Shown: one piece after another, positions 24,501 through 36,014 of the stretch
How the letters are laid out: each line of letters starts with the position of its first letter
Numbering within the stretch: the stretch's first letter is position 1
NCBI GenBank assembly: GCA_002633005.1
Contig: NMRA01000042.1
Coordinates: 584,990 to 648,989, forward strand
Reading direction: 5' to 3'
DNA: 64,000 nt
From: Phoronis australis
Taxonomy: Eukaryota; Animalia; Phoronida
Position numbers and translations under genes: made by a program
Notes under the pieces: generated by a model
What the model was told of the DNA's origin: nothing
What the model saw: the letters and a program-made list of their open reading frames with translations, nothing else
Database searches by the model: none

Positions 24501-27500
24501 GCGTAAATTGGAATGACTGTGTACCTAACCTGTACTGCAACAACTGCACTGCCCGATTTGTTTCCTCAATCTAAATTATCCAGTAGCTTGGAGAACTGTT
24601 CAGTATTGTTACTTAATTGCAAATTGGGAATCTTGCATTTCTGCATGATCATCGCAATCTGAGGTATAAATTTTGTACTTTCCTGCCTGCAGACATCATC
24701 GAAGGAGATGGAACCTGGTTTTCTTTACTATGACTTTTTTGCATCCGTTGCACACATCAAGGAAAGCCAAATTGGAGGGCATTTAATTAGCCACGTTCAT
24801 GTTGGTAAACCATACCATCTACGCAAGGAGCGAGTTACCTGCACTCAGACTTACCTGCTGAACGACTTCTCCATTACACCTGTTGACAAGGTGAGATTGT
24901 GATGTTGTCTTTAACCAGCCTTACCATTAATGTTTTTAAGCTTAGCAAATGTTAATGTTAATGTTAATGAAAGAATGAAAATTTTTTGTGAAGAGTGTCC
25001 TTGAACAAATATAATTACTGAGCTCAATTTCTGAGTTGTGGTGTAGCATATACCGTTACCTGGAGTTTATAAAACTGCATCTCGCCAAATTGTGACCATC
25101 AGTACATGTCTAGCCCTGCATCTGCCTCAAGAACGCCACATTTCCTTAAAGCTGCCAACTGGGAGAACGGATATCCCTGGAAACTGGTTCTAGGTCAGAT
25201 TTAATGTGAATGTATCCCAGTTATGTAGGACCTTATCGACATGTCTAGACACTTAGCAAAATATCTAGAAAACTATAGATTTTAACTCTGAGTAAAGCAT
25301 TATCTTCTTAAAGCGCAATCTGTTTATTTTAATTTAGCAAAAAGAAACTAAGGTACATGGATAGCGAAACAATGGTATTAGTAACATGATCAAATTTTGT
25401 TATTAAACAAAAAGATGAAGAAAAAGAGAAGAGGGATAACAAAATCTAATTTGCTACTACATAACTGTGTCTAGTTTTTAAAGAGAAAACGGTTATTCAA
25501 GATATATTCTGACATACATTTAAGTGCAATAGTGTTTGAAAAGTACGTCAAGATATTGCTTCCTTACTGTAAAAAATTAGCATGTCTTGATTAGATGTTC
25601 TTTAAAGTTGATTGGAATAGTTCCAAATATCATAGAAGTTCACAGGGCCGAAGAGCAATGACGTTGTTGATTGTTGAAGGTGTATTTGGTGAAGAAGTGA
25701 TCTACTGTATTTGGTCTCTCCGCTGGCAGACTTGAAAACTTTCTTCACGAGGAGCCATAATTGGGCTCTCGTGCGCTCAGGTGTTTTGTGCAATGGGCCC
25801 AACCATGAGGCCTGCACACGTCTGGTGCACTGCAAATGACATCAGACCACCTGCACTGTTTTTTTCTCTCCACATTAGAATAAGCTGGCCTGTTTCAGAG
25901 AAATTGTAATTAAATTTTTGGAAAGAAAGGTTAAGCCCAGACCTTGATTGGCTTACATAAATTTCTGTAGGGTGTAGTAACTTTGTTTTTGTAGTGAGTG
26001 CAATTAGAATTGGTAAAAATTCAGTTTGGATTCAAGTATCTGTCTGATCATTTTAACTGCAAGAGTTGAATTAGGCTGAATTTCTGTTAAATTGAAATCA
26101 CTGGGGACTGGGTTCCATAATATCACACATACTGGGACTGCAGTCTTTCTAAATTTGTGAAGATAACTAAAGAGAATACATTATTCAGTTAGTTATCTTA
26201 ATTCAAAATTAATTCATCTGTTGGTATGTTAGTTTTTTTTAAATTTGAATTAGAATAATTATTTATGTCATTAGAGACTTTGAGTAAATAATAACATGCT
26301 GGCTTATAGTAGTGGACTAGGTAACCCAGTTTAGTGCATCTAATAAATGTTTTTGGATCCTTTAATAACCCCAGTATAATAGAAAGGACAGCTTGCTTCT
26401 GCAATTGCTGAAGCCTCGTTAGATTTTCCTACTTGTATTGACTTATAATAGTTTCAAATTGCACCTTGCGTTATGCTTTATAATCAATTGTTGAGGAAAT
26501 TAAGATTTCCTACATACATGCATCCTCAAAGAATCCGAAAAAAACTGGGTTGCAATAAATCAGAATGGTTAACTGGTAATTTCAACTGGGGTATATGAGG
26601 AAAGGATTAATAATCCAAGAGAAGATAATTTATTCATCTCAAAGGAATACCAAATCAAATACTTAATTTGTCAATAAGAATGTTTACAAAAACCACTTGA
26701 AAATTCAATTGAACTTTGTATTTAAATAAGCAAGTGATAGAAATGTGTGTGCCATAGTCATTGCATTATGCAGTGCCTGTGACTTTGAGACAGAATCCTA
26801 TTACCATAACAAATATGATGAGATCGACTTCATGAGAGCTAGAAGCTCATTCCAGTTTTTAATTTTACTCACTGTAAAGAGCAAAATATGCCTTTAACTG
26901 TGGTATGCCAAAGTTTCTAAGAGCAATTAACAACTTGAAAATCATGGAGGTGACACCAGATGGTCTTGGTCATGAGGCTAGGCTGACCCTTGCCTATCTA
27001 ATGTATGCTTTTATCCCTGCACTACCATATAAAATGCAAACGAATTTCAAATTCTTGAGGTCGGATGTGCATTCAGTACTGAGCTGAGGCAAAATTCGGC
27101 TAGCAGTACTGTGTTTGAGGTAACAATTCAGACATCTGCCCATGATAAAATTATGTGTCTGGTGAGATAGGCCCCTCTCAAAATTTGTCCATTGATGACG
27201 TTTTAATGCCACCAAGAGGTTTGAGCAGCACAATGTATCTCCTTTAGCATTACCAGGCTGTATTAATTTTTTTACTGTAACGCACAATTGTACGTTGGAA
27301 TTAATTATTAATTGGATAATTGGGTAAATGAACAATCAAGCTTCGTTACATAGAAAAATTTATATTCATGAATTCTACATTAAAAGTGCATTTTGCCACG
27401 GTTTAGATGCCAATGTTAAATTTTAACTTAGGTACTTTGGGGTTTACAAAAGTTGCCACATTCATCGGGCATTGAATTGTTGCCGAATGAGCCTACAAAT

Positions 27501-30500
27501 CAAGTTACAGACCATGCAAACGTTTCATTTTTGGGTTTGCAGCAAGATTCATATCACAGTTAGGTGGGATTGCTGTTGTATGACCTGTTGTAAGACAAGA
27601 ACAAAATTTCCATTAGGTCTGCTCCACACATCAGGCCTGTTACACACTTATAGTTAATTTGGTATTGACAGCAGTGATTTAATACCTTTTAGACAGAAGG
27701 CAGTGTTATTTTTAGTGGACGACAATCACATGAACCAAGATGGGATTTAAGAATTATGACTTACGTTCCCCAAGGAAAACGTTAACTTTGTCGATGATTT
27801 GTAGACTTGTAAATTCTGACTCTAAATGTTCCCCTCCGAAAACAATTAGTCGATGGCATGAGTCTACATTGGAGAATTTTGACTAGTATTTCCCACAGAA
27901 AACGTTAGTCACTAGTGAATTCTGACTGACTAATCTTCCTCATGGAAAACATTTGGTTTATGGCTTTAATCTACGCAGGAGAATTTCAAATAATATTCCA
28001 CGTTCAATACTTGGAGAATTTTGACTAACGTCCCCACGAAAAACGTTAGACGATGGCATGAATCTACACCTGGTAAATGACAGTGAAACAAAAATCATGT
28101 ATCCACATTATTTGAAGAATTTCAACTAACATTGAATATGTTTTTAGTCACGCAGTATTAGTATCTCGACCAGTTTCAATCTGTTCTGCTGAATTCATGA
28201 GAAACTCACAATATGGAAAACCATTTGAAAATATAATTGCCATGTCTTAAGTAACCTTTAATGTTATTGTTCAAATTGATGGAAATCTGAACAGTGCATT
28301 GGCATATCTAATGGTATCAAATTACTTTTGACCAATTCCCTTTGAAAAAACCTTGCAGCAGTGTTTACGTGATTGTTCTTTTCTTTGATGATTTCAGCAA
28401 GAAGCTGTGTATTTCAATTTAGAGTGGAAGATTCCTTGTACCATTATGTTCTTGAAAAGATCCTACGAACAGGGTTACAACAACAAAGGTAGGAATACTC
28501 CCACTAAGATGAACAGGATTACAACAACAAAGGTAGAAATACTGCCACTAAGATGAACAGGGTTACAACAACAAAGGTAGGAATAGTCCCACTAAGATGA
28601 ACAGGATTACAACAACAAAGGTAGGAATACTGCCACTAAGATGAACAGGGTTACAACAACAAAGGTAGGAATACTGCCACTAAGATGAACATGATTACAA
28701 CAACAAAGGTAGGTATACTGTCACTAAAATGAACAGAATTACAAGAACAAAGGTTGGAATACTGCCAATAAGACCAACAAGATTACAACACCAAAGGTAG
28801 GAATTCTGCCAATAAGATGAACAGGATTACAACAATAAAGGTTAAGATGAACAGGATTACAACAACAAAGGTAGGAATACTACCATAAGATGAACAGGGT
28901 TACAGCAACAAAGGCAGGAATACTGCCACTAAGATGAACAGGCTTGCAACAACAAAGGTAGGAATACTGCCTCTAAGATGAACAGGGTTACAACAAAGGT
29001 AGGGATACTGCCACTGAGATGAAATGTAGAATAGTCATGTCACAACGTGCAAGAACAGTTTGTATGTTACTGTTAGCTATGAAACTGTTTTTATGGTTGT
29101 TCTCTCTTCCTATAGTGACCAATCCGATCACTTCTGATGTCCTATTGGTGGATGCATCACTGGTGACTCCCCGACGAAAGAGTGTCACCTTCACCCCCCT
29201 TGACCCTGACCACCTGCCTAGTAAAGGGGACATTGTTGGACTTGATGCAGAGTTTGTTACGCTTAATGAGGTAACGATGTCATTACTTCGACAAATTCTT
29301 AGCTGTGATTTGGCGAGCTCAACAAAAGTTGGTACTGTCACCTGGTGATATAACATTTGAACCTCTCCTGAGCGATAAACGCATCAAATCAGACACTTCC
29401 CATGATCATAGATTTAATTTTGTTTTTTAAAGTATTTGATTTCTCACCAAAGTCATGCTGAAACTTGCCTAAATCTTTAGTCATCCTTGCTAAGCCAACA
29501 TTGTTAAGAGTTTTGAAACTTGTTCCAAACTTCTGAGGTTTGTTTACGCTAATAGAGAATTATCTAAAGTAATTTAAAATCTTCAAAGTTGCAAAAACTA
29601 TCAGATCGGGGTTAGTGAATGATATTGTTTGTTAGATGTGCGCACGTTTACATGTTGGCAGACATTTTTCAATTGATTTTTAATTATTGCAACCATTAAG
29701 TGCATGGTTCAATTTCCTACTAGTAGCTTCGTAATACCCACAGTGAACACTGTATACAACACCTATGTGCTTCAAAATAACATTACCTGCTACATTCAAG
29801 CTTGTATGAATGACAGACCAAACAGCCAGCATTCTGTCCATGCGATATTGTTTGTTCAAGTGGCATATCATGTGCAAAATTTTGTTTTTCTGGAACACAG
29901 GTAGTAAAAAATTAGGTGCAGCAATTGCGAAGTCCCCTTTTATAAAGATTATGTTTTTGAAGCAGATACATGTATCACTTCTTAGTGGAATTATTAGCAG
30001 TACCTGCTAAACTCCATTTCCGCTGTCAAATGATGTAGCTTTTAAATAAATATAGACTACATTCCACTGTGAAATTGGTGTCAATGTTCTCCTTACTCAG
30101 ACGAGAAAGATTGTTGGACAAGGTAACACTGTAATATTGCTTCAGATTATTTTCAACGCTTATTGAATCTGATCTCAACCAACAGGCAACTTGTCAAGTC
30201 TTCCCAAACACAATACTTGACTCTAACCTGATTAAGGAACGTGTTAACGCAATTATGCTTAATAAAAGGCAACTTTTCGATAAAAGGCAAGATTATACCC
30301 ACTCACTATTTATTTATTTATTTATTTATTTACCTCGACAAATGGCTGTGAAGGCATACTGGTGTTGATCAAAATATAGTTTTTAGGTAATGTTTTCAAT
30401 TTTTGCCATGAGGCATTCTTACCATTGTTGTGTCCTTTCAGGAGGAAGCTGAGTGGCGCAGTGATGGCACAAAGTCTATGATCAAACCTTCACAGATGTC

Positions 30501-33500
30501 AGTCGCTCGCATATCATGCATTGCCAAATCTGAGACGTACTTGGGTGAGCCGTTCTTGGATGACTACATCTCCACGCAGGAACAGGTCTGTACTAGTTTG
30601 CTGTTTCTCTGGTGGTTAAGGGAAAACTTCTAGCTCAAAGGTACTGACTGCCTAACACAAAAATTATAAACCACACACAAATAATGATGCTCAGCGTCAT
30701 ACTGTGTGTCAAATGATTTTCTAGAGAAAAAAGACTTCCACGAATATCACAGTACTGTCTATGAGCCTGTTTGTCATTCTGATGCCAATTAATTTTACTG
30801 TCGCACAGTGAGCTGCAATGAAGAAATAGAATAAAATTGGAAAACTGAGTGATTCTTCATGAATTGTTCTTTACTCGCCCGACTTGGCTCATAAGTTTTA
30901 CCGGTCTAACCTTTCAAAAACTGAGTCATTCATGCATTGCGTTTTGTTTTCTGCACAACAGAGGGAGATTGTGGATTGGCCAACCTTTCCAAAATTTGCT
31001 TGGTCATCTCTTCCAATTATTATCATGTCAAGGAGAGATTTGATTTAGTGTTTGGATCTAAGCTGTGTTGGAAATAACCCTTCAATAAGGGGCATTCTGT
31101 GGCTGGTGCATAGTGCATACCTAGGGGAGCTCTTTGTCATACATGTAGTTTGATTTTCATCTTCGTTAAGACAACACACTGTAGGTCTCATAATGAAAGC
31201 AAGAGAGAATGGAACAAATGCGAATACAAAAATAATAGGCAATGAAAGTCAGGATAGATTTCAATCTGTATTCATCCATTTTATCGTAAGTTATTTTGCC
31301 CGGGGTACGCCACGACCTATGTTGCAAAGTAAAACAAGAGGAGGATTGTGAATAATGTCATTTATTATGACATAAATAGAGAAAACTAACTGAGACTCGA
31401 CAAGATGGGCATGGACAAAACGCCCGCCGGCGTGTAGAATGAATAGCCCTGAAAAAAGGAACAAAACAAAAGAACTGCCTCAAGGGCTTAAAGGAAAAGT
31501 ATAGAACATGAACACAAAAATTGAAAACACCTAACAGGAAATGTATTTGAGAAAAGAGAAAGTGGAAACGACACCCAGGATGGGGGGTGGGGAAAAAATG
31601 CAGAGAACGAATGTAGGTCTTGTAGACGACAAAGTAGGTGACTGAATGAGAGAGAACACGTTGAACTGAACAAAGGAAATATGGGCGACCAATCAGGTGT
31701 CGCATAGATATTTATGAATACAAAAATAGGCCCTTGAGGCTATAAATAGAGATGAGTAATGCAAAATAAACCCTAAGGGTTGATTCAAAATAAAGAGACA
31801 AATGTTAAAATCATGACGATAAATGCATTTAACAAGTTAAATTTAATTTATCGTAATCTATTTTGCCCCGGGTATGCCAGGAGCTATGTTGCAGAGTAAG
31901 ACAAGAGGAGGATTGCGAATAATGTCATTTATTATGACGTAAATAGATAAAACTAACTAAGACTCTGCAAGATGGGCATGGACAAAACACCATAATGGCA
32001 GCACAGGAATGCTGACATCGCCCATCCGAGGAAGCGGAACCCGGGCAATAACAAGGTTAGACTATGATAGGTACTAATAAGGGTATAACAGAAAACTAGA
32101 ATACAAAAGTCTAGAGTATAAAAAACAAGAACATAACGAACTGGAAGTAAAGGTAACTAGAACTAATGACTAGAAATTGAAGCCTGCAACTACAGACCTT
32201 GGGTCGCAGGCTGCAACAACAGACCTGCGAACGGGAGGAGGCCGGCTGCAACAACAGACCTGACCTAGGGGGCTGAAACCACAGACCCGGAGGAGTGGGA
32301 GGGGCTGAAAAGCAAGTGAGAGAAATGGGGAGCAAATATTTTGTCACGGAAGAGAATCACTACCAAAGCTCCCTAAAAGAATTATTATTATTATTAGTAT
32401 TAGAATTGGTATTAGTATTAGTATTTTTATTATTTTTATTTTTTTATTATTTTATTACTTTTATTATTTTCTTTTCTTTTTTATTTTTATTATTTTATTT
32501 TTAGAATTTTTATTATTTTTATTACTTTTATTATTTATTGTTATTGTTGTTATTATAGACAATGCTGTTTTTTTCATGCAGGTTGTTGACTATCTGACCC
32601 AGTTCTCAGGCATCAAGCCTGGGGACTTGGATGCAGCCATCTCCTCAAAACATCTGACCACACTCAAGCTGACCTATCAGAAACTGCGCTATATGATCGA
32701 CACAGGGGTCATCTTTGCTGGGCATGGTCTGAAGAAGGATTTTCGGGTCATCAACATCGTAGTACGTTACTTATCGCCATGGCGATTTGTTATAAACTGT
32801 GCACTTGTTTAGTGGAAGTGCTTAGCAATGTAATAATTAAGTATATGATGGACATCTATGAGATGGAGAGTTAAATCATTTGTCTGGAAGAGCTATTGTC
32901 GCCATAGCCCGCTGACCATTTGTCTTAGTTCTTTATGAAAGCTGACCTCCTGAGATTTGGTTCTCGGTTGACAATGACATACTTAAGATGGCCTTTAGAG
33001 TGTGTTTGATAACCAATTTGGAGTAAAATGTTAACAGTTGATTTTATGTAGCCAATTTCTGCCTGATTCTAAAAGAAAATATCTACATGTATTCAGCTCT
33101 TTCACTATACTTAGATCAATTATTTCACTTGATCATTTTCGTCAGTATGTTTCCCATTTGTTAATTCAGAGCAATTTATGTTTTCCAGGTTCCCAAAGAG
33201 CAAATTATCGATACAGTCGAACTCTTCCGCTTGCCCAGGCAAAGAATGATATCTCTGAAATTTTTAGCCTGGTATTTTCTTGGTAAGTTTCTGTTTGATT
33301 ACTGATAGGAAAATCCAAAGCATTGAAACTCCTCAAATACATTCTGTAGTTAACTTTAGGAGTACAGTTTAGTATGTTTCTCAGCTGCTATACAGACAAA
33401 CTAATCTGCCATCCTGAAATAAAATCATTTCTGCTGCTTATTTATTTCTATGTATTTGGAGAAGGTCATGCTTTTTTGGTCTTGGGCAAACTTAAGTAAT

Positions 33501-35963
33501 TGTGAAAACTAAGTGGTGTGAAGAAAACAAATGAACAATTTTTCTGATTCGGGTTTATGCTTATAGTACTGTAACATGAATATTGGGACCTAACCTGTTC
33601 CTGCGCCAGTTAGCTCATTGATAAATGTATGTGCTCCCCGCTATACATGGCATTACAAGTACTGTAAACGATCTCAGGTGTTCTGTGGCTTTAATGAACC
33701 ATACATCACGGATTTCCAAATTGTGTAATAAATACATGTCTGTTGTCCGATCTTTCTAATGTGTTATTTTTATGCTGGTTAATCCCATAGTTTTGCAATA
33801 TGTCAACAATGACCGAGTTGTTTACACAAAGGTATCAAGTTACTGTCCACACGTTTTTGATGCTTTGTAATCAATGTTTAACACCAGGTTTTTCCCAATG
33901 ATTATAAACAATTTTGAAATGGTGCCCACACTGGTGTTCAATTCATTCTTGCTTATTCAATATTTGTCAAACAATGAACGCTGGTACTTCAGTTAGCCTT
34001 TGTTTTGCTTCAGTCCAGATCAGCTTTTACAAGTATCAAGTACTTACCACTTCCTTATAAAATATGCAGCTGTGGGCTCAAAATTTCAAAAAATAACATT
34101 AATTGTGTTTGTGTTGCACATGTAGCTTTTAACAGTGAAGTATGCCTATGGTTTGCGTAAATCCAGTGTGCAACAGTGTTTTTACTGTGAACAGCTGCAT
34201 ATGCAGGGCACATGCTGAGGGTATTCCCAATACTCACAGCTTACGTCTACTGCATGCCTGTATATCAACTTACGTCCACCGCATGCCTGTATATGCTGCT
34301 AGTGTGTTAGGTAGACATCCAATTTACGTGTCTCATAGTTCATGCCAGGATATTAGCACATTACCATGTATAAACTGCTTAATCTCCCACAAAACGCAGG
34401 GTAGTCGTGGGTTCGACCAATGTAGAACCCAGGAACAGCGGGTTTATGACTTAAGACCTGCTTAAAGTGTGTGCAGTGTAGTTTTGTACATGCCCTAAAC
34501 TATCAGGTTGACTGGGTTTTTCCGTGGACATGCCAGCGTACACAAAACGATTGAGATGAGTATGAGATGCATATTGTGTGCATGGAGTCACTAGTTACTT
34601 CACACATATTAAGTAATTGACAAAATGGCAATTTTACAAATTTTCCATAGCTGATTACCTTTTTGTAAATAACGGGAATGTTTTTATGACATCTGTGCAG
34701 TTTGAACCATGCTTGAAGTAGATTGAAATGTTCTTATTCTTTAATTTGTGGAGAAATTTAACATCGAAACTAGAATGTGGCTTGTCAGCCATGTGTGCTG
34801 AATAAATGAAGAATTACTGTAGTGTTTATTTGCTTATGAAAGAAATGTCAATGTGCAACTCACAAGGAATTAAAACTCAACAAAGTGACAAGGCCTCTTG
34901 CAATTGTTTCAGTGAAATGGAAGACGTGAGAGTGAAGAATGTGAGATTTCCCATTGATTTTGTTGAGTAATATTATTTATATTGCGCTAACTGCGAAGCA
35001 ATACCCGAAGCTAGTTTACAGTGAAACAACAGGCGTAGATGAGATATTAAGTCATATATATTATGACAAACTAAACTACTACAAATATGGATAAATACAA
35101 AAGTTATATAATATGTTGAGCTGTAAAAGTGGGTGACAATCTGCGGGACAAACAGCACCATGGGAGGTCCAGTGAAGCAATGAAGGTATACACAAGTGTT
35201 GAACTAGGAAGAGAAGTAACAATATATGGAAGCAAAACAGCAACACCAGGACAGCAACATGGGAAAATTAAGTGTAAACAGGGAAGGAAAGAAAGTTGGT
35301 TTGAGGGAGGGAGGGATATAAAAATTGACTCGAAACTCGAAACTTGAAGAGAATTATGGACGATGGCCCAGTGTTGCGACAAGACAAAGAGATCACGTGG
35401 TACAATTAAACCGATAGTCGCAGAACAAAGAGGGCCACTGACCCGAGAATCCAAAACAATATGATAATGAGGACGAAGCAGTATAGCTTACATAAAATAA
35501 TTTAACACTTAAATAATATTTATATGCACTAACTGGGAAGCAATACGGAAGCTAGTTTGCATTGAAATGACTCGTGTAGGTGAGATAAAAGTTCATAGAT
35601 TATGACAAACTAAACTACTACAGATATCGCTAAATACAAAAGTTATTCAATATGTTGAGCTGTAAAGATGGATGATAATCTGCCACAGATGCCACCCAAT
35701 TTCTCTAACTCTATTGCACATTGAAATATTGTACTTAATTTCTAGGAGAAAGCATACAATCGGATACCCACGACTCCATTGAAGATGCTCGAACTGCCCT
35801 GAAGCTGCATGACAAATATCAGGAGTTGTGTAAGGCGGGGGGGGATAAAGTAAAAGATGCTCTGAGAGAAATGTATGAGAAAGGCCGGCAGCTAGAGTGG
35901 AAGATTCCAGATTCAACTGGAGGAGACCAGAATGTACCAGCCAGTGGAGTGGGCAGTGTGTAA
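3481..35963 (+). CDS. PAN2: PAN2-PAN3 deadenylation complex catalytic subunit PAN2 (25 coding exons, 1243 aa; WD40 + pseudo-UCH + DEDD exonuclease)
   Basis: Spliced by hand with GT-AG boundaries and consistent phases: 3481-3544, 3934-4109, 4515-4690, 5042-5237, 5762-5880, 8041-8185, 8723-8941, 11100-11227 (or copy 13401-13528), 14628-14803, 15499-15659, 16883-17011, 19014-19163, 19680-19861, 20247-20392, 20866-20978, 21767-21865, 23725-23852, 24096-24240, 24693-24890, 28398-28488, 29116-29270, 30442-30585, 32582-32761, 33189-33282, 35746-35963; total 3732 nt, open frame. PAN2 signatures: MNF start, [69 protein letters not shown] (ExoI), GHGLKKDF (ExoII), HDSIEDA (ExoIII). Confidence 0.97.
3934..4109 (+). 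CDS. PAN2: PAN2 coding exon 2 (WD40)
   Basis: ...[15 protein letters not shown]; tag / gtagga. Confidence 0.93.
4515..4690 (+). CDS. PAN2: PAN2 coding exon 3 (WD40)
   Basis: [16 protein letters not shown]...DIRQM; cag / gtgagt. Confidence 0.95.
5042..5237 (+). CDS. PAN2: PAN2 coding exon 4 (WD40)
   Basis: [14 protein letters not shown]...[11 protein letters not shown]; cag / gtagtt. Confidence 0.95.
5302..5372. repeat. 33-bp tandem duplication
   Basis: 33-bp unit beginning tttggagacttaatcactattctgtacc, two copies. Confidence 0.9.
5762..5880 (+). CDS. PAN2: PAN2 coding exon 5 (WD40)
   Basis: VSLRDPRT...[18 protein letters not shown]; cag / gtcaga. Confidence 0.96.
8041..8185 (+). CDS. PAN2: PAN2 coding exon 6 (WD40)
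   Basis: [14 protein letters not shown]...PQFLRFIP; cag / gtaact. Confidence 0.96.
8723..8941 (+). CDS. PAN2: PAN2 coding exon 7 (WD40 end)
   Basis: [13 protein letters not shown]...[13 protein letters not shown]; cag / gtagtg. Confidence 0.96.
9246..10265. mobile_element. Tc1/mariner (pogo/Tigger-like) MITE, 1020 bp
   Basis: 67-bp perfect TIR starting cagtacagccactgaattattagac; TA TSD at 9244-9245 and 10266-10267; empty site visible in the second duplicate copy (~12561). Confidence 0.95.
11100..11227 (+). CDS. PAN2: PAN2 coding exon 8, copy A (PAN3-interacting linker)
   Basis: [20 protein letters not shown]...[14 protein letters not shown]; cag / gtttgt; 128 nt. Confidence 0.8.
13401..13528 (+). 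CDS. PAN2: PAN2 coding exon 8, copy B
   Basis: Same exon with T->M and two silent changes; intact splice sites. Confidence 0.8.
14628..14803 (+). CDS. PAN2: PAN2 coding exon 9 (linker)
   Basis: [29 protein letters not shown]; tag / gtaaga. Confidence 0.95.
15499..15659 (+). CDS. PAN2: PAN2 coding exon 10 (UCH start)
   Basis: [37 protein letters not shown]; cag / gtattt. Confidence 0.96.
15803..16059. mobile_element. Degenerate PIF/Harbinger-like MITE
   Basis: ggggctgtttcatcaaaagtgagttaagact ... agtcttaagtcattttcgtaatgcagactc, flanked by ctg. Confidence 0.4.
16883..17011 (+). CDS. PAN2: PAN2 coding exon 11
   Basis: [35 protein letters not shown]; tag / gtaatg. Confidence 0.96.
17281..18241 (+). 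mobile_element. 5'-truncated non-LTR retrotransposon (I group, LOA/R1-like): RNase H, CCHC knuckle, 3' UTR
   Basis: Frameshifted [51 protein letters not shown]...CPECG; ends in a T-run. Confidence 0.9.
18404..18551. repeat. 15-bp minisatellite
   Basis: tggcttgtacggtgc and variants, about 10 units. Confidence 0.9.
19014..19163 (+). CDS. PAN2: PAN2 coding exon 12
   Basis: [21 protein letters not shown]...LIQSWTRF; aag / gtaagt. Confidence 0.95.
19680..19861 (+). CDS. PAN2: PAN2 coding exon 13 (acidic variable loop)
   Basis: [12 protein letters not shown]...QPRKG; phase 0->2 needed to join exons 12 and 14. Confidence 0.8.
20247..20392 (+). CDS. PAN2: PAN2 coding exon 14
   Basis: [22 protein letters not shown]; cag / gttcga. 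Confidence 0.9.
20866..20978 (+). CDS. PAN2: PAN2 coding exon 15
   Basis: FSDVVSQSL...[14 protein letters not shown]; cag / gtaagt. Confidence 0.94.
21041..21640. repeat. ~42-bp minisatellite
   Basis: gggctgatagtagggcgataaacttcaacagagggcagtgcg and variants, about 14 units. Confidence 0.93.
21767..21865 (+). CDS. PAN2: PAN2 coding exon 16
   Basis: LPDVLTFNC...EFW; cag / gtgagt. Confidence 0.94.
22785..22860 (-). mobile_element. Degenerate tRNA-derived (SINE-head-like) sequence
   Basis: Reverse complement gcggtttagctttgcctgcagagc...gcaggttccaatcc resembles Pol III A/B boxes; no intact cloverleaf. Confidence 0.45.
23725..23852 (+). CDS. PAN2: PAN2 coding exon 17 (contains CCCH zinc finger)
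   Basis: [42 protein letters not shown]; cag / gtaaac; phase 0->2 required for frame. Confidence 0.85.
24096..24240 (+). CDS. PAN2: PAN2 coding exon 18
   Basis: [11 protein letters not shown]; tag / gtcagg. Confidence 0.88.
24693..24890 (+). CDS. PAN2: PAN2 coding exon 19
   Basis: [19 protein letters not shown]...[13 protein letters not shown]; cag / gtgaga. Confidence 0.94.
25723..25865 (+). mobile_element. Second 3'-end fragment of the same LINE
   Basis: Close match to 18085-18230, ending in the same T-run. Confidence 0.9.
27750..28130. repeat. Degenerate ~55-60-bp tandem repeat
   Basis: Recurring gagaattttgacta...cccac.gaaaacgttag.cgatggcatga.tctac. Confidence 0.7.
28398..28488 (+). 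CDS. PAN2: PAN2 coding exon 20 (UCH end)
   Basis: [18 protein letters not shown]; cag / gtagga. Confidence 0.93.
28467..29021 (+). repeat. 44-bp minisatellite built from the PAN2 exon 20 end and its donor site
   Basis: gaacagggttacaacaacaaaggtaggaatactgccactaagat, about 13 units; unit 1 starts inside the exon. Confidence 0.95.
29116..29270 (+). CDS. PAN2: PAN2 coding exon 21 (ExoI motif)
   Basis: TFTPL...[15 protein letters not shown]; tag / gtaacg. Confidence 0.96.
30442..30585 (+). CDS. PAN2: PAN2 coding exon 22
   Basis: [26 protein letters not shown]...[12 protein letters not shown]; cag / gtctgt. Confidence 0.96.
31280..31988 (+). repeat. Repeat-spacer-repeat element 1 (LTR-like)
   Basis: ~140-bp direct repeats at 31280-31421 and 31847-31988; purine-rich spacer with CCAAT, TATAAATA and AATAAA. 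Confidence 0.75.
32381..32556. repeat. AT-rich low-complexity / (TTA)n-like tract
   Basis: Direct inspection. Confidence 0.9.
32582..32761 (+). CDS. PAN2: PAN2 coding exon 23 (ExoII motif)
   Basis: [17 protein letters not shown]...[14 protein letters not shown]; cag / gtacgt. Confidence 0.96.
33189..33282 (+). CDS. PAN2: PAN2 coding exon 24
   Basis: [31 protein letters not shown]; cag / gtaagt. Confidence 0.96.
34940..35687 (+). repeat. Repeat-spacer-repeat element 2 (LTR-like)
   Basis: ~170-bp direct repeats at 34974-35143 and 35517-35683; candidate ends tgtgagatt...aatctgccaca. Confidence 0.75.
35746..35963 (+). CDS. PAN2: PAN2 coding exon 25 (ExoIII motif, stop)
   Basis: [18 protein letters not shown]...LEWKIP...GSV*; TAA 35961-35963. 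Confidence 0.96.
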
Positions 35964-36014
35964 GGTGATAAGGACACTGACTTTTGTATTGAAATGGATT
36001 TTAACTTTTAGTTA

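Noticed and set aside
28467-29021. Regular repeats as a CRISPR array (also 21041-21640 and 43921-44115)
   Set aside because: Head-to-tail units without unique spacers, in a eukaryotic context with no cas genes; these are minisatellites.
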